Of a stretch of DNA of 64,000 nt, positions 34,648-45,645 are shown in pieces. The stretch's first letter is position 1; each line of letters begins with the position of its first letter. This DNA comes from Bilabrum cf. latius (taxonomy: Eukaryota): assembly GCA_965178125.1 (NCBI GenBank), contig OZ237763.1:124001-188000 (forward strand). The letters are read 5' to 3'. A program made the position numbers and the translations under genes. Below the pieces are notes generated by a model, which saw nothing but the letters and a program-made list of their open reading frames with translations, did not search any database and was not told the origin of the DNA.

Positions 34648-37642
34648 ATGTTTGTGTTTGTCGAGGTAAGAATAATTGAAGTTTGAGTATATTTTTGTTC
34701 ATTTGGATTGGTTTGGTCTAGATTTCGGCTGAGTGAAGGCCGCAGAATCCATCGAACGCTGCGCTTTCCGTGACAAGTGAAGGAACATGTGGCAGGCTTA
34801 GACCTTGAAGGGAACCTGTGAAACGGCAAAGATGCAAAACTGGATTTGTTTTCGATGGCATTTTGACGGGAGATTGGCTCGCACCATCTGCCCCATGCCC
34901 GCAAGATGGTGCATCCGAGTTGATGTTGCTGTTGGCCCGCACAGCGTCATGCCCATTGGGCATCCCCCGCCGCCTTCCTTTACGTCTGCAGCAAGTGGCA
35001 TAGTAATCACGCCATAAATTTTATTCACAAATAATGCATCTTTTGATTCGTCGCAGGGTCTCGGCGAATCGCTGTCCCAGCTGCAGCTGCCATCCACGGC
35101 ATCTGTCAGCGAGCTGCGGTGCGCGGTCGCGTGCGCTGCCGGTGCCCCCCGCGCCGGAGACGTGATCGTGTCCGCCGGCGGAAGGCCCATCGTGGGCTCT
35201 TCCCTGGCATCTGCCGGCGTGCGAGCCGGCGATTTCATCCAGGCGCGCCTACGGATCTGCGGCGGCGCGCAGACGGCCGTACCCGGCATGGCGGTCAGCG
35301 CGCAGCCCCCCGCTGCGTTCGGTGGGCCCGCGGGAGGCGCTTCCCAGGGTGCCAGCGGTGTCACGGGCGCCCCTTCCGCTGGACCCGCGGGCTCCGCCGC
35401 CCTGACGGGCGGTGCCCCCACTGCCCCCCAGCGCGTGGCGCTGTACGTGGGCGACCTTGCCCCCGCCGTCAACGAGCGCACGCTGCACCAGCTCTTCTCC
35501 CAGGTGGCCCCCGTGCAGAACGTGCGCGTGATCAGGCACCACATCACCCGGCAGTCCCTGGGGTACGCCTACGTGAACCTGCACTCGACCGCGGACGCCG
35601 AGCGCTGCATCGACATGCTCAACTACTCGTCCCTGGAGGGGCGCCCCATCCGCATCATGTTCAGCAATCGGGACCCATCCAAGCGCAGGAGCGGCAAGGG
35701 CAACCTCTTCATCAAGGGGCTGCCCCCGTCCTTCAACTCCAAGGACCTCCACGACTTCTTCCAGGGGTACGGCTTCGGCGAGGTCGTCTCGTGCAAGGTG
35801 GCCCTGGATGAGCAGGGCAGGTCAAAGTGCTACGGCTTCGTGCAGTTCGCCAACGACTCGGACGCCACGCAGGCCATCGACAAGGCCAACGGGATCCGCC
35901 TGGAGGACCACGTGATCACCGTGGAGAGGTACCGCTCCAAGGCGGAGAGGGGCGCGGCCACGGCCTGGAACAACGTGTACGTGAAGGACATCCCCAAGAA
36001 CATGGGCGCAGAGGCGCTCAAGGGCATGTTCTCGCCCTACGGCGAAGTCAACAACGCGGTCGTCATGACGGACGCCGAGCAGAAGTCCAAGGGCTTCGGG
36101 TTCGTGTGCTTCAGGGACGGCAAGGGGGCCCGCAAGGCGGTCATGGCCCTGCACGGGAAGCTCCTCCGTGACCCGGAGGTGCCCGACGCCGAGGTGGCAG
36201 GGCAGGAGAGCGTGGAGCAGTACGAGAAGGAGCTGGAGGGTGCCCTCAAGGGATTCAGGAGGGAGCTGCAGGCCGTGGATGACCCCGAGCTGGCGGCGCA
36301 GATCATCGAGGAGAAGAGGGCGAGGGCGGCTGGAAAGCCCACCCCGGCGGCCAAGGAAGGGCCCGAGGAGGACGAGGAGGAGCAGAAGAAGGCGTCTCCG
36401 GCCGCGGGCGCCGCAGGAGGGTCTGGGGCGGCCGGGCCCAGGAAGAGCAGGCGGACGGCCAGGACCGTGACCACCGCTGCTGCCGCGGCCACCATCGGCG
36501 TGCCGCCGGAGGAGACCACGGTGATCCGGCCCCCCCGCGGGTACAAGAGGCTGTACGTGGGCCGCGCCCTCAAGAACGCCGATCGGCAGAGGCAGAAGCA
36601 GGCGCGCAAGGAGAGGGAGAGGGAGATGAGGGTCAAGCAGCTGGCCGGCCACAGCGTGTACGTGCGCAACCTGGACGAGTCCGTGGACGAGGACACTCTG
36701 CGGGCCGAGTTCCGTAGGTTCGGTACCCTGACCTCTGTCAAGGTCATGCGCGACAAGACGGGGCGCTCCAGGCTCTTCGGGTACGTGGGGTTCACCTCGG
36801 CGGAGGACGCGATGGAGGCCATCCGCAACATGGCGGGCCGGCTGCTCTACGGCAAGCCGCTCTACGTGAGCCTGTGGCAGCCCAGGGAGCAGCGGAGGGC
36901 GCAGATCGAGCGCGCGAGGAGCGTGCAGATGGCGCAGGCGGAGTTCATGCGCCAGGCGCAGATGATGGGGGCGGACCTGTCCTCCCCCGAGGTGCTGCAG
37001 GCGGCCGTGAATTTCTCCAGGATCGCCATGGGCGGCATGCCGGGCATGGGCATGGGCATGATGCCCGGCTTCGGGATGGGCATGGGCATGGGCGGCATGG
37101 GCATGGGCGGCGGGTTCGGCATGATGGGTGGCATGCGGGGAGGACAGGGCTTCACGCAGGAGCAGATGGCGATGATGCAGCAGCAGCAGCAGGCGCAGGC
37201 GGCTGCGGCGCAGCAGGCCCAGGCCCAGGCCCAGGCCGCTGCCCAGCAGCAGGCGCAGGCGCAGCAGCAGGGCGGCCAGGGGCAGCAGCAGGGCGTGGGT
37301 TTCTCCGGCCAGGGGCAGCAGCAGGGCGGCATGGTGGGCGGCCCCGTGGTTCCCCAGGCCCCTGGGATCCAGGCCTCGGAGCTGGCCAAGCTCAAGCCGG
37401 AGGAGCAGCGGCAGCAGATCGGCGAGAGGCTGTACCACATGCTGGAGCCCTCGCAGGGCCCACGCACGGGCAAGATCGTGGGCATGCTGCTGGGCATGGA
37501 GGTCACCGAGCTCATCAACCTCCTCGAGTCTCCCGATGTGCTGGCCGAGCAGGTGCAGCAGGCCAACGTCGCCATCGACCAGCAGTCGGACGGCGGGAGC
37601 GCGGCGGCCAAGGCCGACCCCGCCAAGGCCGGGCCCCAGTGA
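34648..37642 (+). CDS. PABPC: Cytoplasmic poly(A)-binding protein (4 RRM + MLLE) with N-terminal ubiquitin-like domain; exons 34648-34665 and 35057-37642
   Basis: LYVGDL...SLGYAYVN, GNLFIKGL, NVYVKD..SKGFGFVCF, VYVRNL; MLLE motif QRQQIGERLY...GKIVGMLLGM. Proposed first exon ATGTTTGTGTTTGTCGAG|gtaag. Ends TGA; no TAG. Confidence 0.9.
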
Positions 37643-38247
37643 GCGAGCAGGCGCACTCTGCATGGGCCCAAAGATGGGGCTGGCGCTGTGACTAAGTCGG
37701 GGCTGGATCGCTGTGCATGCGGGGGCGGGGATGTGGCGCGGGCCGCCCCCTCGTGTATGTCCCGTGTGTGATAGGAGAAGCAAGGATCGGAGGATGATCA
37801 TAGATAGAAAAGAACAGCACCATGCTGGACCGAATGCCGCGGCGGTGGTGATGCCACTGCTTGAGGTGGGAAGTAGGAGGGAGAAAAGGGGGGCGAGGAG
37901 CGACTTTGCCTCTTCAAGTTGCTGCTAGTATTGCAAGGTGAGTGCGTGTCTACGGGAAGTTTCCGCGACACGGGTCTCTCGCTGCATGCATGCCGCATCG
38001 GATGCTTCTTCCTTGCTGCGGGCAGGGCTCTCCGCCTCATGCTGCGGATGCCAGATTGTAAAATGAATTGATGGGTGCAACAAAATCGTTCGAATTATGC
38101 TAGACTGCAGCCCGCGCCCGTTGGTGGGCCGGTGCACGTCGCCAGCGGTGCGCGCAGTGAAGTTTCAGTGCAAGTGCATCCGGATTCTACTGATCTGTGC
38201 GAATGACATCGTACTCGTTCAACCGATGAAAGAAAGAGAAGATAGAA

Positions 38248-39343
38248 TCAGTTCGTCCACAGGAGGTAGCTCGCATACCCGCCCACGCCGATGGACCCGA
38301 GCCATGCCAGGGACTCGACTATGCTCATGGCTGTCCAGAACTGGCCCCCGCCCGAGCTCTCGTCGCGGGCGTCCGACAGCCTCGAGGCTCCGAGATTCGC
38401 CAGGCCGTTCACGTTTCCAAAGTCCCCGAGGGCCTGCACAAGCGAGAGGATGAGCAGGACGATCATGACGATCTTGGACCAGAACAGTCCGCTCGTCTCG
38501 GCGTCTGCCAAGCCTCTGTATACCCCGTACCAAGCATACGTTCCGCCCACCGTGGCAATCACAATGTTGAAAAATGAGTAGATAGGGTTCACGTTGCTGT
38601 AGCTGTCAGGCACCGTGGCCGCGAGCACGATGCACGACACCACTGCGACGTGGGGGGCGGGGAATAGCTTGGCGTCAGAGTCGAAAGGCTAGACATGCAG
38701 TGTTGTCATAGTATTGTTCACGAGCCCGAGATTGAGATGGAGCTGCCAGGGCCATTCCCGCAAATCGGTTCAGTAGATGGGGGCATCGGGTACCAAGCTG
38801 CACAGGACTCACAGTTCAGAAGTGTCGTGAAGAACACAATCTACCACCATCGGTATACTATGGTTACAATATATGCGACCCTCTCCCCTCTCTTTTCATG
38901 CAGCTCGTCGAGATCCAAGTGCAAGACGTTGAACGGGCCGCACGATGTCGGCCAATTGTATGAATCCCAAAGAATCGCATTAGTCCTTGCCTGCGTGCCC
39001 GCAACTGCTCGCTAGGTCAAATCTTTCGCGGCTGTGTTTGCAGCATAGCTGGCTGCAGCCTACATACCTGTCGAGTTGAGGAATCTATACAGGGGCCAAG
39101 TCGGACAAGCTCGATGGGCTTGCCTTGGTCGTACCCCAATTACTCTCGAATAACTTCAGACTGCGAGATCTGAGAGCGAGAATTCTCTCTCCGCAACAAG
39201 TATAAGCAACCTTTGCTCGATTTCCCGGATCCATCCATCGCTGCCCAGAAAACTGTGGTAACGTGTACTTTTCTAGCCGATCGAGTTAGCCTGCAGTTCG
39301 AGCCATATTTACGTGCCATGAGGAGCTTGACGTAGCTGGCCAT
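38248..39343 (-). CDS. SCAMP-family 4-TM membrane protein; exons 39343-39313, 39067-38813, 38642-38248; TAG at 39060, 39012, 38841
   Basis: NWP...LHLDLDEL...YRWW*IVFFTTLLN followed by hydrophobic helices and WYGVYRGL, a SCAMP-like pattern. GT..AG junctions keep the frame. Ends TGA. First exon is tentative. Confidence 0.65.
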
Positions 39344-40352
39344 GGTTTGCTCCCTTTTGTGTGGAGTCTTTGGTGGCTGTCCTTCGATTCTTGCTGCTTT
39401 GCGGGAAGGGGATCGCATGAAGTCACGGGACCAACCTGTTGTAGTGGCCATGCTCGAAGCAGGCGTTTCTGTCGCCAAGTTGATGGCAATGGAAGGATTA
39501 TTTTCAGGAGACTAGTCAACATCAACACTCGGTAACCTAGTCAGACAAGAGAAGGTTGAGTTGTGCAACCTGGGCGGTCCCTTGCAGGCTTCCGAAAACG
39601 TTGCCATTCGCGACGGGCCAGGAATTCGCGTCGTTTCTATCTCAGAGGGGAACATCAAAGACGATATGGATGCCCTTTCGTCGATATCTGCGGCCCTCGC
39701 TGCTTCCGGTGGCAAGACAAGAGTTGCCTTCGTATCGAGCACTCACGATGGCGAATCGACGTCTCGCAGCCGCCGGTAGTTGGCTTCTTCTTCCACGGAT
39801 CAGGTGCAGTACATCAAAACTACACCACAGATCCTAGTGGGCGTGCTTTTGATCGCAATCATGTCGCTAGTAGTCGTCTTGGGAGTGTGCTGCGTGTCGA
39901 GCATCGGATCGCCTGGCAAGTTCGCGACTGTGGGGCTCCCGCCGAGCAAGGTGCACTGAATGACGCATCGTTTTAGTGCGATCAAGTTATTACATATGAC
40001 CTGACTGCACCCCGCAGTATCTCAGGCCCGCCCCTCTCTCACTGCCCGCTCCCTCCGTGATGGAAGAACCCTGACACTGCCACGGCGTGTTGGCCCGTCC
40101 ATCATGCGGGTGGTGCCCGTGAGGAAGGCGCACGACTAGTTCCAGTAGAGAGCGAACCGCGTGGTGCACCTCTTCAAAGCCATGCACCACGTGGTAAATG
40201 ATCCTTGCGGCGGCTTGGCAGGTGGGCAGGAGGGGCACATCTACAGCTCTTGTGTCCCCCTCGTTGCGTGATATTTGATCGGCCAGCCGGATTTAGTGTT
40301 GGCCTGGGCGCAAGCGAGTTCATATTGTGGTATCCTGTTCTGGGTCTAGTGC

Positions 40353-43300
40353 TTGGTTGACCGGACAGCACAGATCGTCCTGAAAGTCAGCAGGGGCCCC
40401 AGCGGTGCATCTGCTGAGGGGCACGGAGGACGAGAGGCTGACACGGTAGATCACCCACAGCACTACATTGAAGCTCTTGATTTCCTGTCGCAGACACACT
40501 GGTACTGGACACTCGCTAATTTAGATCTATCCAGATTGCGGGGCTTCGCTGGCGAAGGTTCCCTGCACCAGTCTCGACAAAACTCCCTTGTCTGCAAGTT
40601 TGAGATTGAAAATCGAATTTCGTGTTTAGTTGCTACTCATTCCCTTATTACTAGAATGCATAGCCACAAGACCGCGTCACGGTTGCAGGTGTAGCGCACT
40701 GAGAGCCGCCACGAGTTTCTAGACCGTGACTTGCCCCGAACTTGGGCTGATGTGCTGTCCCCGGGGAAGACACCCATTATAGAGGCTACAAATGGCGACA
40801 CGCGGCTGCATGCACTCGTATCATACGCGTATGTCAGCGACGAAGCTGTCGCCGAAGCAGCAGCATCCTCGGCAAGCACAATCAACGCTCAGAACAGCCG
40901 TGGCTGGACCGCCCTGCATAGCGCCTCGGCCAGCTGTTACTACGAAGGAGTGCGTTGTCTGATACAAGCTGGTGCTGACATGCTCGCCAAGACGGGTGAC
41001 GAATCGAAGCAAACACCAGCACATTTGGCAGTACGGAGCGGAGCCGGCAGCCCCGACATTCTTCAGCTACTGCTCAGCCACGGGGACACCGCCGGTGCTG
41101 CCCAAGCAATTAAAGCCTCGATTGTACATGATTCACACATATCTGACAGCCCGTTGGCAACAGAACCAGACGCCCGAGGGGCCAGCCCACTCCTGCTCGC
41201 AGCCAGCCGGTGCCAGCTTCCGGGCCAGGACGGAGATGACGCGGTGAGCTGTCTACGAATCCTCCTCCGATCCGTCGAAGGGATGCTGGATTTAATTGAG
41301 ATTGATTCGAATGAGGGAGTTCAAATGGTACTGCAAGCTCTCGTGGGTGCTGCATGGCACCATGGGAAGGACTCGGCTGGTGGCCTCGCTGACACTCAGC
41401 CGTCGGGGCGAGATGGCACTGCCAGTGGCAGTGCGAGTGCGGTGGGGTCTGCCTCTGGCGGTGGTGCGTGCGTGATGAGTGCACTGCATCTTGTGGCACT
41501 AGCCGGCAGAACAGACGCGGTGGAATCAATTCTAGGTGCCATGGACAGAGTGGTCCTCGCGGGCCGCGGCGATACGAAGGCAAGGGCGCGAATTGCGGCC
41601 GGCGTCCTGGGGCTGAAAGGTGCATTACACGGTGGGGCCAGCCCCATCGAGCTAGCGCAGGGCATGAACAAGACCCACGGCGCGTCTCGTGTCGACAGCA
41701 CCGATGGCGATGGCGCTTCATCCCCATCCTCGGCTGCAGGGGCAGGGGATCTGCTGCGGAGGTGGTCGCAGCGGTGGCGGCACTTGGCACGGGCGGACTC
41801 AGGGGCACAGCACGACGTCGCACTCGCAGCGTAGCCCACGGCTAGTGGGGCAGCCAGCGTCAATGAGTCGACCACTCTCGCCTTGGCCCTTGCTAGGTGC
41901 ACCGCACTGCAGCGCCAACTGGACGACGCAGAGCGACGCGCGGCAGCCGCCGAGGCGCGAGCTGCTGAAGCCGAGGCCCGATTGCAGCGGGTGCAGGCCG
42001 TGACCGGCACTGCTGCACACAGCTCGATAGTAGCACAGCACGATTCCTCTGCGAGTCCGCCTGGGCAGGATTCCAGCGCATTGCATTCGGCTCTGCTTCC
42101 CTCCCAGCCAGCGGTGCCGATGCTGTCAGCGGAGGAGGAGCCGAGCCCGAGAATGTGGGTGCGTTGCCTCGCCCCTGTGTCTGCAGACAGCATCGACACT
42201 CGTGCTGCTTCTGGTGGAGAGCATGCCCCTGGTGAATAGACCCACCCGTATTTCTGGTGTCCTGAGACGAACGAATCCTCATGGGAGCCCCCCGTCGGTG
42301 CAGCTGTTGTGGGGTAGCACGAGTGGGCCTTGATGGAGCAGCAGGGCGAAGATGAAGAGGAACACTAGAAGGACCTGGTTGGCAAGTATGCATCTGTAGA
42401 CGGGAAGGGCAGAGTAGAGAGCCGTGGGGAGCTCACAGCCTCCCATCCTTCAAGGGGGCGGGCGAGGCACCAATAGGAACAACAACTAGAGCCTGGACAT
42501 GCTGCCACCGCCGAGAGCAAACCCCAATTCGAACCCTTGATTGCAAACGATGCCGTCAGAGGTGGCATCTCGGCAGCAGAGACACCTGCAGCTCCAGCCC
42601 CAGGCCCTCTGGCCCCGAAGGAGACCCCGGTAGGGATGCCCAAGCGGCACGCCGAGATCTGGAGCAGATTTTTCCAGAATGCCCTGTCGGGTGCCACGGC
42701 CGGCGGGCTAGCCTCACAACGAGGGTCACGCAGCGGTGCCCGTAGTGCAGCTGTAGTGGTGGAGCAGGCTGCCGCAGAGGCGAGGCGAGCTCTCTCCGCT
42801 GGGGATACGCAAGCTCTGCGGCGGGTCTTTGCCGAGGGCCACCTGCCAGCAGCCAGCAGCGTCACGGCCAAGCCAGGCAATGGCTCTGCTGCTGGTGCCA
42901 GTTCACGAGGGGGCGCCAAGCGTTAGGCGACGCTGCTGCATGCCGCTGCGTGGAAGGGCAGCCTGCACTGCCTTGCGGTGCTACTGGAGGACCTAACTGG
43001 TGAGCTTGACCTGGACACACGGGATGCCAAGGGCAACTCGCCGCTCATCGTCGCGTGTGCCGGTGCGGCGCGGTTTGGGACTGGCAGCAGCAGCAGCAGC
43101 AGCATGCCTGGAAAGCCAGAGTCGAGCGGCACCGGCGGTGAGACACCCACAGAGAGGTAGCACCTGGAGTGCGTCAGGCTGCTGCTGCAAACCGCTGCAG
43201 ATCCACTGCACACGAACTCAGTTGGAGACACGGCGCTGCACGTGGCTGCGGCTGGTGGCGCGGTCGAGGCGTGTCACCTTCTGCTAGAATACGGCGGGGA

Positions 43301-44708
43301 GCAGGCCCGCCTCGCCCGGGGGGAGCTTGGCGATACGCCCAGGGAGCGAGCGCTGGCGTGGATCCCAAGCATGGCGCCCCACACCGCTGAGAGATGCGCC
43401 GCGGCGGCTCGCCTCATCCAGCGCTGGCAGCCTCTTGTGAGACCGAAGCAGCGGAGCACTGCTCACTCTTCCTCCCCTGCTGCTGATACAAATGGTAGGC
43501 CTCGGGCCGCAGCGGGAGGAACGCGTGGTCCCACGGCAAAGGCGGCAGTACCGCCGCAGAGCACCTCCCTGCGAGGGGTAAGAGCACCTGCTGGTGAGGT
43601 GCAACCCCCAAGCCTGCCCAGTCCGTCACATCGCCAGGGTAGGGAATCGAAGCGACGGGGCCAGGGGCAAGGGCAGAGGGGTGCAGGCGACGGCCAGGCT
43701 CTCGACACCCCGGCGCGGGGGCGCGGCGCATCCGCTTCGGACTGGAGCGGCTCCCCTGCACCTCCCAACGGTGACGTCCGGGATCGGATCAGCTCAGACT
43801 CTGATGACGCCTCAGACACCGCAATGCAGCCAAGCGTCATGGGCAGCAGGCGGCCACCCCATCTGTCGCAGTTGGGAGGTAATCCGGCTGAGCTACACAC
43901 GCAGCAGGCCCTGCAGCCGCTGATAAATCCGCAGAACCAGCAAGCATCCGAGGTAGCCGCTTTGAGTCAGTCCACTACAGCCGGTACCGCTGCACGCCAG
44001 CGGGAGCCGCAGAGTACCGGCACCATCAAGGCCTTGGAGGGAGAACCAGCTCCGGAGGCCTCCGTTCCCTAGGCGGCCGGGTTCACAGCGCCGAGGATCC
44101 ACACGGCACGTGACTTGGCGCAAGGCGACGCGCCAGGTGAACAAGACGGCACCGGCCCACCCACGGCCTCTTCGATCTCGCCAGGGGACGTGCTGGGTGA
44201 CACTGTGGGTGGTGTAGAGCCAGGATCAATCCTGTTCCCCACAGGAGATGGCACGAATGCGAATGCGGGTGTGCAATTTGGCGGGTCTCAATCAGGGATG
44301 CTAGCTCGAGATTTGCTGCCGATCGGAGCAACTCAAGCGGAAGCGCGAAGGGCCGGCGAACAGCACGGTGGCGGGTTGTTCGCTGGGGGGGATAAGCTGG
44401 CATTCGGCTCTCCGGCTGAGAGTTTGCGATTCGCTGGCGGCAACGGGGCCGCAGTACCGACGGAGGCACTCGAGACGCCTGCTCGAGGTCTGCGTGCCAG
44501 CGATAGACCTGCAGGATCGCCCACTGGTCTCGGGGCTGCTTCAGGTGGAAAGCGAAGCGGAGGGCCGTTCAAGTCGCCAGCAAGAATGAGTCCGACAGGG
44601 GGCCGAGCCACACAGGTGGACATGTTTGCTATGTAGTCTCCCCAGCGGGAACATGTGGCTGGGTACGGAAAAGGGGGGACCAGCCTGGAGCTTAGCCACA
44701 AGCCCTGA
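40353..44708 (+). CDS. Ankyrin-repeat / coiled-coil / WW-like protein; 10 in-frame TAG; 5' structure (possibly from about 39500) unresolved
   Basis: ORFs 40353, 40731, 41883, 42537, 42978, 43242 and 44115 share one frame, joined by TAGs (40692, 41832, 42237, 42315, 42366, 42474, 42924, 43158, 44070, 44634). Ankyrin motifs GWTALHSA, QTPAHLA, TLLHAAAWKG, GNSPLIVA, GDTALHVAA; WW-like PYFWCPETNESSWEPP. Ends TGA. Confidence 0.7.
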
Positions 44709-45645
44709 CCGTTGCGTAGACCTCGAGATCGTTGGCGTGCACGCTTCTCTAGATCCTGACCAGGCTTGGCCAGTGTTTCGTATCTATTTTTAAGTCGAAC
44801 TGAATGAATTCAACTAGAGCAAATCTAGAGGCTGGGCGAGGGGAGGGGGCCAGACCGTGCCAAGGGATCTCTCCCTCCCACGGACGGACGCACCCGGGGC
44901 CGCTCCCCGCCAACCCGAACTAAGACCACAAAGCAAATCAAGTCAAGAGTAAAGCTACAAAAAAATGTACGGCGCGTCTGACTCCAATCGAGTCAAAGGA
45001 TCCGGGAGAGAATGCAGGCAGCTCGCCGAGCCGCCGCACAGTCAGTCCCCCGACCAACGAACGCGCCAAACAGCGCCACGAGACATCGACCAGAGCACAA
45101 TGCCCTGATCAATACCCCTCGCGCTCCGCCGCTGACGCCTACAAGTCGACAGCCCCATCAGCTGTGACCTGCCCACGCCAGCTTGCACACCACGTGCCGT
45201 ACAACTTCCGCAGCAACCACCACCTCCCTTCACACTTCCGAATCCGTGGGCTTTAGGCACTTGGCCAGAGCTTCAGCTGCCAGGGCCGCAATGCGGTGCG
45301 CCCCCTCTTGCACACGGTCTGCTGCTATTCGCAGCAGGCCTCAGCACAGGAGAAGGCAAAATCACTCGCAAAGCAAGCCGTAGTCTGGAGCCGAGCTCGT
45401 CAAGCCAAGCAGCCAACGGTTATATCGAACAGAAGAGGACGCAGCAGCAACTGCACAAAAAAAAGAGGCTGCACAACCAACAGTGCACAAAGAGTTGTTG
45501 TCCTTTGGGTTGGACGCCAGCCCGCGCCCGACCCCTTCATCGCGCGGCAGTTGCTCTGCACGCGCCGTGATCCACCACCACCCCAAACACCACGCAACCA
45601 CCATCACTAAACGCCACTCACCGCTATCGCGCATACGCTACACTC

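Noticed and set aside
35822-37801. Long antisense ORFs (also 3744-6242, 24674-26218, 56320-57984, 62058-63917)
   Set aside because: They are shadows of GC-rich, codon-biased genes on the opposite strand and show no recognisable domains.
39480-40352. Separate gene upstream of the ankyrin-WW gene
   Set aside because: There are coding-like stretches with TAGs and possible splice sites, but I could not build a consistent model.
44709-45645. tRNA (for example a CUA-anticodon tRNA) or other ncRNA in intergenic DNA
   Set aside because: No cloverleaf or T-loop/D-loop motif was recognisable by eye here or in other spacers. A tRNAscan-SE or Infernal run would be needed.
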